Assembly (NCBI GenBank): GCA_903813345.2 | Contig: CAIIXF020000001.1 | Span: 11,718,001 to 11,782,000, forward strand | Source of the DNA: Owenia fusiformis | Taxonomy: Eukaryota | Length of the DNA: 64,000 nt | Direction of reading: 5' to 3' | Shown: in pieces, positions 52,801 to 64,000 of the stretch | Numbering within the stretch: position 1 is the stretch's first letter | Layout: every line of letters begins with the position of its first letter | Translations under genes and position numbers: made by a program | Notes under the pieces: model-generated | The model's input: only the letters and a program-made list of their open reading frames with translations | Databases searched by the model: none | Told to the model about the DNA's origin: nothing

Positions 52801-55800
52801 ATATACAAAAGTTAGGACAAGTACATATGTTTCTATTTTTTTATATACTGTTGCAATATAGTCATTTGATTGCTTATTTTTTAAGTTCAAAGTAGTTCCA
52901 AACATTTAAAATTTTACTGTAATAAAGATCGAGATTCTATGCAGGGGTTTCATTAGCAGTAGGTGACAGGCGATTTTCACTATTTTTTTCATAGCCTGTT
53001 GTTTTTAGGGACTTTTCAACTTTTCCATGTTTTTATGATTTCCATTTATTTTGCCTGTTGTTTTCATTTATTTAGCCTGTTGTGAGAAATTCTAGTGAAA
53101 CCCCCGAAGATTTATGGCATAATATATCACCAATGATTTTATTCCATTTATTGTAAAAATCCCATATCTTGTATATTAGTGATTGAGGACTTTGGCAATG
53201 ATCCATAAATCATCGAATCAAGGTCCTTTTGTTATTGTATCTACCTACATACTGTACCTACATATTGTATAATCCTACTTAACTCCGGTTCAAGCTTGTT
53301 TCAAATAAACAACAATTGAATAATCCAAAATTTGTGAAGTTGTTTTGAAATTGGCTCAGTGCCCTTTTGACCTTCTAATCCAAATAAAACTTCATAACAG
53401 GCTGTAATTTGATACAGACCTTCATATTGACCCAGACTGAACATAATAATAATAAATATTAGCCCATTGCATAATATATCAGATTAGCTGTCTATTTATA
53501 TCCGTACATTCTATTGTTACAAGAAGGTTAGTTGAACACTCCCTTTATCCCAAAATTAGATCATTGCACATGGTGACCTTTTTGGGTTGATCACCTTGTA
53601 CTTGGTTTAAAGTTGTTATTGTTGATACCAACCTTCACATTGACCATGACCATGTGGACAGTATATAAATATCGTCTATAATATGGCAGATTATCTGTAA
53701 CTTAATTTTGTAACTTAATATCTCTTAATATTATTATGTCAAAACTCCTCATCTAGTAAACGGAATGAAAAATCTACTTGCACATTTTCAGCTCTTAATG
53801 TAATTAATTCACTTTAAACAGCAATATTTACAATAGTCAAAGTATCAAAATCTATTAAAGGGGCAATTTATAGGTTGTTCCTGATTTAAAGGGAATGAGG
53901 GAATTTGAAGGTCAAGGATTGGTCAATGATTGCCCCTTTAACAATGGTCATAACCCACTTCTGTCAACAAACTTATCTGAGGGTCAAGGATTTTTAAGGC
54001 ACCAGTTGAACTTAAAAATAAGAAATCTAAAGGTTATTGTGCAATACTATATGGAAAAACATATTCATACTGCACACGAATGACATTTGTGTATTTCAGA
54101 TTATTTAGTGTTTAGTGCAATAAGCCTGTACTCTCTTGTAATTTGAGGTCTATCCACCATTTTATTTTTTTCAGAATTAACATGGCAGAGAAGCATCAAA
54201 ATATAAGAGGTTACAGACTTTATAAGCCAATTTACAAGCAATTCAAGATATACAAATGTCATTTGTGTGCAATATGAATAAATCTTTCTATATATTGTTG
54301 CATAATAGTCTTTTGATTTCTTATTTCTTATGTTCAACTGGCTGCCTTGAAGCAGTTTTACAGGCTGTAGAAAATGCCAACTCCACGGCCAAGTAGCAAA
54401 ATCCCAATAAAAAAATTCATGAATCTGTATATGTCACAATATTATATTTACCATCTACTCTACAATTGATTTGCATAAGGCAGCCACTTTTAGGTGCCAC
54501 ATTAGGTGTTATTTTAAATTTCTGAGGCCCGAATCAGAAAAACGATACAATATTTGTACTCTACTCTAAAATTTCATTTCATTTAAGTATGATAAAGCAA
54601 TACTTCCTAAAGATCTTAAAATTAATGAAAATTCCTGTTTTAATAAATAGCACCTGGGGTTCTTGCTAAAAAACACAGATTATAATTCGTAAAGTCAAAT
54701 AGACATTTTATGGATAAACTACCACAAGAGTAAAACTTATTACTTTAGAAATGAAAAACTTCCTATTTATCTTACTAATACTTATCAATAAACATCTTTC
54801 CACCAAATATGAAGAAAATCTATCAATTAGTTGTTGCAATAGGTTGCTGCTTATGTTGTTAGCTTGAGAATATCTTTGTTTTTTCTTCTCATTCTTCCAC
54901 TATTTGGAATTTACTCAGTTTTTCATTTCAAGATTTATCCTTTACTTATCCATGTGGGACCTCACTTATGTGCTATATCAAATAATACCCCTGTGTCCCA
55001 TGTTTACCCAATTTAAGCAACACCTGCTTCCATGGGAACACAGCCTCCAGGCTCAGAAGAGCTTGGACAGACAGACAGAGGGCTTCACTATATCCAAACT
55101 GAACTATCTTACTGCCTATATCATATTCAAATATGTTTGACTTAGCTTAGCTAAGCTGCAGTGACCGGCAGTGAACTGTTAGTGTCTCGACTATTAGAGG
55201 TCATTTTAGAGCTAACCTCTAGTAATACACTCAGAGTTTATGAATAGAGGACCAAATACACCTAAACATTTCTCAAATTGTTGATTTACATTAACCCGAT
55301 TTCCTTGATAAATGTTCGCTGTGTATATGTGGCCTTAAAAATTACAATTTAAAAAAATTTGGATAAATCTCCAGCTTCAACAGACCATACAATGATAAAA
55401 GTACTACATGTATTTAAATAGATTTCAGATCATGGGTTACATGACCTTCCACAGACATCTAAGTTTGTACATGGTGACACCTGTCTTTGGTTTATACAAT
55501 ACTACAATAGCATGATCCCTTAAAGATGTAGACTCACTCAATGCTCAATGTAATTACTGCCTATACGCCAGCCAACAGCCATACTGACTACCCCCTCCCC
55601 CTAAGTGGATTTTGTATTAAATAACAAAACCAGGCCCCGTATGCTGTTATACTACATACAAAAACTAAATCCTAATAACATAAAAGTATGATGAGACCCC
55701 AACAGGTCCATAGTCAGCATTTGCCAAGGGGCATCCAATTTTGGCCTATAATCACTTGAAACTGCTCAAAATGGTGAAGCTGTATGGTTTTGAAAGAATT

Positions 55801-58800
55801 TTTGGCCAGAGAGGCTGACTACGGACCTGCCTCATTTATAGTCCTAACCTTCATGGGACTGCCATCCAAGGACTGAATTAAAATGAATAAATCAGAGTAG
55901 ACTGGAAGACAAGTTTATTTATCTTTTTGAATGTCTTGTAACAAATTTTTGATGGAGCCAATAATGCTTCAGAGTATAGGCCCTCGACATTATGTATTAT
56001 GTATTTCATTTAAAACAAAGAAGAAATTGACCTAAAGAATTTATAGTCTTACTATAGTGTATATAAGTATTATGGTACGGATGTGTTAATTAATATTTTA
56101 AAATAAATAAATATGCCACACCTTTAACAAACATGCCCCATGTAATACCATATGTGCATAACTTGTCAATAATCTTAATTAAGATTGAAGATGATTAATT
56201 AATAAAAATCTTAAAATACACAAAGAGTGCATGTAATTAATTAATTAATTGTGTAACCCTTGTACAATGTGTTCACCTGAATAGTATATAAAGGCCACCA
56301 AAAATGAAGAAGTCATAGTTCCATTGAGCGTTCAATCTACAATTATGTTAACTTTAGCAGTTTTCGTCGCAGGACTCGCAGCAGTGATGGCTGAGGGATA
56401 TGGATGTAAGTACAATATATTAAACTTAAAAGTTATTGATCACACCTCATATTTCATACAAGGCATTAACATGACAAAATGACACCACCTAGTTGCTCAC
56501 AATATTATGAGTTCAATCTTAAGTCAGATTTGAATTTCTGAGAACTAGTTGATTTTGAGTATAAAATTGGTCAATTTAACCCTTTCACGACGATAGGCTC
56601 CATATGGAGCCCTATTATGTAATACCTTTCAGGACGATAGGCTCCTTTTGGCACCATTATTTTTATCTATATACATCAATGAAATGACAATATCTCCAGT
56701 TCTATTCAGTATTTTTACACCAAATTTTGACAAGTTGTTCTAATGTGATAATCCTTACTAAAAATTGTATTTCAGTGATAAAATTCAGGGTATAGGTCCC
56801 GGGGCGTAGGTATTTTGCAGTTTTCCCCTAAAAACTGCTCTTACTTATCCGTCACCAGAGCCAACATTTTCCTCTTATATTCATGTCGGGAAAGGGTTAA
56901 GCAAGATGGAAAAATACCTTTTTGACCTTGAGAATGCCATTGAAAGTCAAATCTATAGTTAGATTTGAACTGTTGAGAACTTGTAGATGATTTTGATAAA
57001 AAAAATTGGTCAATTTGAAGCAAGTTGTAAATAGACCTTTTAGACTTTTTTGACCTTGAGAAGGTCATTGAAGGTCAAATCTCAAATCTAAAGTCAGATT
57101 TGATTTTTTGATAACTTGTAGATGATTTTGAAAAAAAAAAATTGTTTGAAACTTATTTATTTTAAAGTTTTGTAACAGGTCATCACCCAGTGATGCTGAC
57201 ATATATAAATTGGTACAATCTAATCATATAACATTTTCAACTGTTATTTAACAATTTATAAAATATAAATGTCAACGCAAAAATCAGGAGAAATACCCGG
57301 GAACAGTTCTGATACTGGATTTGATACAGGATTTTGGCTGATACAGGTTATGATACAGTATTCTGTCTGATACGGGATCTGATACTGGATTTCAGCCGAT
57401 ACAAGATCTGATATAGGATCTTTTGAATATAAATTCTATTGTCTGTTAATTTTTCAGAGAATTTCAGGGAAAACATGTTATTATGGAATAATTATATATA
57501 TATTTCCCTCGAGATAAACCCTCATAAAATAACTTTTTTATTCTAGCCCGATGCTTTGACTGCAACTATGCCCCATCAGGCTACAGCTACCAGTCTGACT
57601 ACTGGAAGCGATCCACCACAGCTGGGTATGAGGGATGTGCCCTAGCTAACTATGATGATGCTGATAACCTCGACAAATGGACCTGCAAATCTGGAAGGTG
57701 CTTCATCCGTAGGGACAAGAATGGACGTAAGTTGTCTTAATGTGTAACTACAGTGATGACATTTACTTTTAACACATCTTACATGTTTTTAATTGTGTAA
57801 ACCAAGGTTATACATGTATGGATATGGGTTTGATGAGACCTGGGTTGGGATGATATCATAAGGGACTGAGATGAACTCAGATTAAGAGGGCCAAGGCTGA
57901 TGACAACGAGGGGTTAATCTGACTTTAGGCTACCTTGACCGAGATTTTATTCGATCAATTGTATTGACTATCATGTCACCACCAGAAGTGTTGATATATC
58001 ATAATTGTTTTTAAATATTGATTTGCCATTAATTCCCAACCACTTTTGCAGTTGTATACAGAGGATGTGCTGATGAGGAAAACCTCCCCCTTGGTGTCAA
58101 CTCTTACAGTGGCTGCCAGTATGTTGCTGGATCCCAGTGGTATTTCTGCAAGGGAGATCTCTGCAACAAGGGACAGATTGGAGACTACGGACATTGTGAC
58201 TACAAGCCATCATACCGATCCCACAGCTACAGTAAGTACAGCATACAAGGCATTAACATGACAAAATGTCACCACCTAGTTGCTCACAACATAATTAGTT
58301 CAATCTAAAGTCAGATTGGAATATCTGAGAACTTGTAGATGATTTTGAAAAAAATTGGTCAATTTGAAGCAAGTTGAAAAAAGACCTTTTTGACCTTGAG
58401 AAGGTCATTGAAGGTCAAATATATTTTGACCTTGAGAATGCCCTTGGAGGTCGAATCTATAGTCAGATTTGAACTTTTGAGAACTTGTAGATGATTTTGA
58501 AAAAAATGGTCAATTTGAAGCAAGTTGAAAAAATACACTTTTGACCTTTCTTTGACCTTGGGAAGGTCACTGAAGGTCAAATCTTAGTTCTAAAGTCAAA
58601 TTTGAACAGTTCATGTATAATTAACTATCATAGCTTCAAAAAAAGATTATATAACTTTATATATCTATTATATACTTTATATATATGACTTAAATATTAT
58701 TGCAATACATGTGGTCTCACTTTTATTTTAGACCCATGTGACGGCAAATGCTACGGCAACCCCAGTGGACTCTTCAAGGACAACTACAACCCATACGGGT

Positions 58801-61800
58801 TCATCCAGTGTGGATGTGACTACAAATACGATGCCTACAGCAAGACCAGCAAGGCCTGTATCTGCTGCAAGCCCCTCCATGTCAAATGCCCCAAGGGAAC
58901 AGCTTTCAATGACTACGCCAAGGTCTGTGACACTGCAAGCTACACTGCCCCACATGCTGCCCCTGTCCACCATGCCCCTGTCCACCATGCCCCAGCTTAC
59001 CCAAGCTACCATGCTCCAGCTTACCCAAGCTACCATTAAACCTTTGTTGTTAAGAATTTGTAGTGTTTTAATAAATCAAGAAAATGAACATTTTTGGTTT
59101 AGTCGGTTTATGCATGTTGTTTAAACAAAGGAGATTTCAGTTATTAGAATTCGCAGATTTTACTACTTACTCAAAATAATTGGACTACCCATACTGTACA
59201 TTCAATACCCTATACATTTTTAAATCGTGAGATTTGCACTAATTTGATTACTGCAAGGCCATAAAAGGATGGTACATACAATCATATCATCTTTGTTCAC
59301 CTTCATACAATTCGTTGATCGCCTTCATACAATTAGTGTAACATTCCTGACAATCCATATGGGGCATGTCATGCACATTATGACTTGCCTAATATAATAC
59401 ATGAAACACCATATAAGGAGAGCATAATACATGAAATACCATATAAGAAGAGCATAATACATGGAATACCATATAAGAAGAGCATAATACATGAAATACC
59501 ATATAAGGAGAGCATAATACATGAAATACCATATATAAGAAGAACATAATACATGAAATACCATATAAGGAGAGCATAATACATGAAATACCATATAAGA
59601 AGAGCATAATACATGAAATACCATATAAGGAGAGCATAATACATGAAATACCATATATACAGGTAGCTATATGATGGGATCACTAGGGGAGGCCATTTGT
59701 ACTGAAAGAAGAGTTTTCAGTATGTTTTTGTACTGAAAATTTTTTTTAAGTATATATTTGTATACTGAAAATGTACTGACTTTTTACAGTGTAAAATAAG
59801 TACTGAAAAATATACTGACTTTTTAAGGACATTTTTAAGTCTATTAAACACTAACAATTTTAAAAGGATTTAAAACAGCACGTGTATGTATGGAGGACAA
59901 AGCAAATGTCTAAAGTCATCAAGCTTGTAAGTCTAGTGTTGATAATATACAATTGTTGGCCTCTCCAGAGGTCAACCGGCAAAATTGTATACCGAGACTG
60001 TAAACCAAGAAACTACTGTTGACAGAGACCGAAGGTCGAGGTCAACAGTAGTTTCAAGGTTTACAGTCGAGGTATATGATTTTGACAGTTGACCGAATGG
60101 AGAGGTCTACAATTGTTTTGTTAGTACGAAGAAACTACAGTAATAATGCACATATACAGTATATAGACGACAATCATCAATCGGCATGGCTTCATTTCAC
60201 AATCTTTTCTCCGAACCACGCCAACAATATTTTTTAGGAAATCTGAAGGCAGTTGAAGCTAAACTCTCTGTTTTCGACACATCACTGGGTACTCATTAGT
60301 AAATTAATGTTAATTTTACGTTTCTATTTGTATTTTTGTATGTAAAGTCAAAATATCAATTTCATCAACATTTACAAAATGTCCGTCTGCCATGTTTTAT
60401 CTGTAGACATTATGACGTCATAAAACTTTTTTCAAAATTAGCGGTCAACAGTACCCAGTAGCGGTCAACAGTACATATTGTTGACCGCTAATCAACCAAT
60501 CAGAATCGGGTATTTCAGTTGAGGTACTAACAACATACCTTGTAAGTGCACCAGCATGCAAAGTCAACATCCCAGTCATGTAGCTGTAACTCTATGTTGC
60601 CAACAGCATGGGCGAGGTCAAAGCCAACATAACAGCCCTACAAGGAAACAACTTTATATTGAATCTTTTTTCATGTAATATATATCTACAGGCAATGTAC
60701 ATGTGGTAATATTCACTGTGATTCTATGTTGCAATTAAAAAGGAAAAAACTTCGGTGCAATTATACTCCAGCTTAAAGTTAAAAACATTTATTCGGTAAA
60801 AATTTAGCATCTGTACAATTACATTTTTTTTTTCAACGTTTGCCTTAGCATTTCCTCAGGTAAAGCGTTTTGGTTTTATTTCCTCCTTTATAAAATTAAA
60901 AGCCAACTTACTTTTTCATGGCCAGCTTTAGTAATAGCAGGCATATCAAACACTTGTCCCGTGTAGTACTGTATCCCACTGAATAATACACAGGCTATCT
61001 CATCCCCCTCTGAGGCAATACGAGCTAAGATGTCTTCTGTGCGCAGTATGTGTTCACCCTACAACATGTATTGATACACATACATGTACCCTAGACACAA
61101 ATATGGGAATATTTTAACCAAATGGTTCAATTCAATTACTGTAAACTACTTGACATATATAATACATGAGATGAATTGAAGGAAAATTTTAATTTAAAAG
61201 ATGAGGTAGAAACTGAGTAGGGCTGGATATATCCAAAAATTGATGACTCGGCAATTCTCATTTCTCCGAAAAGAAACTAGATTTATATGGTTTACGGGGC
61301 TTGTTTAAAATATACATGTATTGTATACTGTATAGGTCTTACCTCTCTAGGTTCAAGGCATACCATACTGGTTGCAGGGTCATATCCATGTAAACGAATT
61401 TGTGATTCAATGGCATACTGTAAATAAAATATACAAATATGTAAATTATACATTATCATATCATTGTACCACATAGCCACTGAGCAGAGTTCGCAAGGAC
61501 ATCTCCCTGCTCGCTAATGATGGTGAACAAGGGCGAACCATGAAAAGAATGGCTGCAATGCAGTGGTAATAATCTATAGTATAAAACTAGAAGAATTAGA
61601 TCACAGCAATGCCAAAGTGTAGCAAATCCCAATGAACAGCTGCCATTTTTACAAAATTCTACAACTTTTTCAGTTATAGCAAAACTCCTTAAATAACACC
61701 CATAAAGATGGCCATCATTTTCAAAATAGTCACTCACTAGCCAAATAAATCAGCACTAAAATGGCTGCCATTTTTAGACAAGTGGCCATTTTGAAAATCG

Positions 61801-62681
61801 GAATGGAATATAATGCCAGTATCAACTCCTCCCATCAGATGAGCTTAGATCAGAAAATTGACACAGTAACAAATCATGTTTCTAGTTCTTTTTCTATTTT
61901 CTAGTACAAAAACAAAAGGATGTGAAACGTATCGAAACAAGGCATTAACATGCAAAATGTACCACCTGTCATTTGTTACAGATGCCAAACGTCAACCACT
62001 GACCACCAAATGCCTAAAAACATCCACAAAAAAAGTTGGAGACTATAACAATATGTCACCACTTGTGATGGTGACATGATAATAATGTATGGTCTCAGTA
62101 TATATAATTGAAAATGTAAGTTTATGGGGAGGTATACAATCTTACGAGTACATCTCTAGAAGGATGACTTTAACCTTTACAATTATGTACTTACATGGTC
62201 AGAAGGGAATGCTCTGCTTTCAAGTAGCACTTTGTGTCGTTTAGCAGTGGGACGATAAAATGAGACCTACAAAAGAGGTAACAATGAGTCTGCTTTATCA
62301 GGATAAAGGTGTAAGGAATATGATTTTGTCAATTAAAACATCAAATCAATGTTTCACATTCAGAAAATGATGGAAAGTTTGCTTGAAATGAAAGGGGTAC
62401 ATGGACCAGGTAATAGGTAAAGTATGAACTATGCCTTAGCTCTCTCATTATAACTATCTAATGATTTTCTTATATAAGATCACCAGTTTGTGCACCAAAT
62501 GTTGCAAGAAAATACATAGCTGTGGAACCTATAATATGCCAGGAATACTGAAGAAAGTGACAGCTTAGCAATTGGTACTTTGGTATTGTTTTAGGGGCAA
62601 TGAAATAATTACTACTCACAAGTAGAAGATGAAGATTTACAGTTAAGCCATTCATGATTGCAACCTCTTCTCTTTTTGCAC
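43790..62681 (-). CDS. KYNU: Kynureninase, 5'-partial (last 9 exons): 62681-62620, 62266-62195, 61417-61343, 61058-60912, 60637-60539, 45833-45707, 45220-45135, 44530-44294, 43930-43790
   Basis: [19 protein letters not shown]...[85 protein letters not shown]. All introns are GT-AG and phase-consistent. I found no further upstream exons inside the window. Confidence 0.95.
45830..46975 (-). repeat. Minisatellite of 29 x 38-41 bp duplicating the KYNU 3' splice site
   Basis: Minus-strand unit AAATGTAATTCCCAGCCATTTTTCTATTGCAG-TACCTT; the true acceptor reads GTTTTATTGCAG|TACCTGAAC. Confidence 0.95.
49931..50234. mobile_element. GC-rich MITE with 5-bp TSD inserted in Academ copy 2
   Basis: TAGGGGTTGACCT ... 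AGATCCGCCAGTG flanked by TTCAT on both sides; absent from Academ copy 1. Confidence 0.7.
51542..51716. mobile_element. GC-rich MITE with 5-bp TSD (same family, opposite orientation)
   Basis: CACTGGCGGATT ... AGATTCGCCCCTG flanked by GTTTA; the empty site is at ~5236 in copy 1. Confidence 0.7.
56285..56320 (+). promoter_or_regulatory. TATA box and initiator-like site of the nested gene
   Basis: TATATAAA at 56285-56292, TCATAGTT ~30 nt downstream, ATG at 56345. Confidence 0.65.
56345..59039 (+). CDS. Nested secreted protein: Ly6/uPAR-like domain + CBM14/peritrophin-A-like chitin-binding domain + His/Tyr/Pro/Ala tail (242 aa). Exons 56345-56405, 57547-57726, 58052-58231, 58732-59039
   Basis: Signal peptide [21 protein letters not shown]...GC...C...C...YRGCA...GC...[15 protein letters not shown]...[15 protein letters not shown]...[15 protein letters not shown]; tail [30 protein letters not shown]. 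Three phase-1 GT-AG introns; AATAAA at 59070-59075. The supplied ORF track misses this frame. Confidence 0.88.
56580..56896. mobile_element. piggyBac-like MITE in intron 1 of the nested gene
   Basis: TTAA|CCCTTTCACGAC ... GTCGGGAAAGGG|TTAA. It interrupts a HINE-like repeat whose uninterrupted version lies in intron 3. Confidence 0.75.
59390..59657. repeat. Minisatellite, ~9 x 30 bp (CATAATACATGAAATACCATATAAGGAGAG)
   Basis: Direct tandem copies; source of the repetitive ORFs at 59325-59683. Confidence 0.92.
59938..60533. mobile_element. Unclassified repeat with a ~190-bp hairpin (possibly Crypton-like non-autonomous element)
   Basis: Long palindrome centred on CCGAAGG (~60029-60035); the GTTAGTAC/GTACTAAC motif recurs at the right end; CCAATCAG. 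A similar hairpin lies at ~42350-42500. Confidence 0.45.
61936..62083 (-). mobile_element. Minimal HINE-like element
   Basis: AACAAGGCATTAACATG end shared with elements at 56457 and 58245; terminal hairpin ATGTCACCA-CTTGTGA-TGGTGACAT. Confidence 0.5.
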
Positions 62682-64000
62682 CTAATATAGGAACATAAAA
62701 TTAATTCTAAAATCAACACATGTAGATATAATATTATGAATACATGAATGAATGTACTACATTTAAGATAGTATAAACTATTAGTGAGAAAACACTTTAT
62801 AGAGCTGTTATACTTTGACTCTGTGTGGGCTCATCATTTGCCTCCGTGTGAATAATTTGGGGCAAACGGTGGGGCACAGCATGGGATACATGTTGGGCAA
62901 AACAAGTACTTTTACAGCAAAATATCATCCATCACACCAAATACAAAGATTAATTGAAAGTGTCTCCTTGAGCAGAGATATTAGCCTATAAATTTGGACT
63001 AAATATCTATAATTTGGTCTACAAATGGTATTGAAGTTATCAAAACTATAAGGCTTTAGCGCTTCTTTATCTCCCTTGAAGTTCATTCTTTGGGATAATC
63101 AAATCAAATCTTTTGACGGGGATTTAATTTGGATTTTTTGATTTTTTGAGTCTGTATGCAGGAATATGTATGTTTTGATGGTCCGAAATGGTAGAACAAG
63201 ATATTGACATCATGTACGAAAAATTTCATCAACATCTGATCACTAATTAAAAAGTTATGACTGTTTGAAAATAATTGGTCAAAATTAGTCAATTTTCAGG
63301 AAATTAATTATAGTACCGATTCTAGCAATGTCGCAAATTTGCTAATTTATGGTCAAAAGAGTTAAAAAATGAATGCCCAAAATTAGCCACATCATGGCAA
63401 ATGGTGAGCCCACATGGCCATGACAGGTTCTTCTACAGGTTTGAAATATTTTTTAAGAGATAAAACAAGATAAAAACAAAGGGTTAAAAGGGACCAATGC
63501 AAAAGTTCAATGTACTAGAGCTAAACTATGTTTTAATAAAGTTTCCAACTTATCAACGACCTTCTCATATCCAACCCCCCCCCCCCCCCACAAGGAATAT
63601 CCCATTGTCAGATTGCTGTAATTAGGGTTACTTTATATTCTTCTATTTTAGGTATTTCTACCAAATCAGAATCAGATCTATTGGGGGTGACAAAATTACA
63701 ACCAACACGTATAACTTTCCAACATTTTCCTTACATCTCAAATACAATATCTGACAAACGGTCCAAAACATTTTATCAGTTGGTGAAGTTATTTAAGTTT
63801 AAAAATGCAAAAATTAGAGAAAATGTTCAACAAATAATAAATATAAAAAAACGAATGAATTATTATAAAATCCTCAAATAAAGTATTCGCCTTGGGTATT
63901 TTTAGAAAATAAACATGACAAGGAATGATATGAGCAACTAACATTCTAAAATCAAAACATTTTTTGTATGGTTGCTTGATCTGATCTGATACTACCTTTA

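Larger units (their letters stand above)
47961..52919. mobile_element. pogo/Tigger-like palindromic MITE split by Academ copy 2
   Basis: TA|CGGTAAAATTTTAAATGTTTGGAACTAC ... GTAGTTCCAAACATTTAAAATTTTACTG|TA. A diverged uninterrupted relative lies at ~54000-54345. Confidence 0.7.

Noticed and set aside
57976-59124. Thr-rich mucin-like and antisense ORFs from the ORF track
   Set aside because: Wrong frames; the splice-consistent frame encodes the Cys-rich LU/CBM14-like protein.
59325-59683. Tyr/Met-rich repetitive ORFs
   Set aside because: Translations of a 30-bp minisatellite.
63991-64000. Possible donor of the next upstream KYNU exon at the window edge
   Set aside because: Too little sequence, and the exon-side bases do not fit the expected residues.

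Overview
AT-rich, intron-rich animal genomic DNA, probably from a spiralian/lophotrochozoan invertebrate (inferred from repeat types and gene content). Spliced genes were reconstructed by hand from GT-AG sites and reading-frame continuity. (1) A minus-strand secreted protein (about 628 aa, 21390->17784) has a VWA domain split by a ~190-aa His/Asn/Gln-rich insertion and an acidic 14-aa repeat tail. (2) Head-to-head with it is a complete 19-exon DDX54/DBP10 DEAD-box helicase (25531-39632, 850 aa) with one clear U12-type intron. (3) The last nine exons of kynureninase KYNU lie on the minus strand (62681->43790). (4) Nested antisense inside the 14.7-kb KYNU intron is a complete TATA-driven 4-exon gene for a secreted Ly6/uPAR-like + chitin-binding (CBM14-like) + His/Tyr/Pro/Ala-tail protein (242 aa). 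Unusual structures: the KYNU splice acceptor just after the PLP-lysine codon is tandemly copied 29 times; the KYNU stop-codon region is amplified to 8 copies; two decayed Academ DNA transposons each sit inside MITEs (one in a mariner > hAT > Academ > MITE nest); a Helentron-like element carries a 162-bp satellite; and there is a family of MITEs with 5-bp target-site duplications. No prokaryotic features or CRISPR arrays were found. All calls come from manual reading, without database searches.
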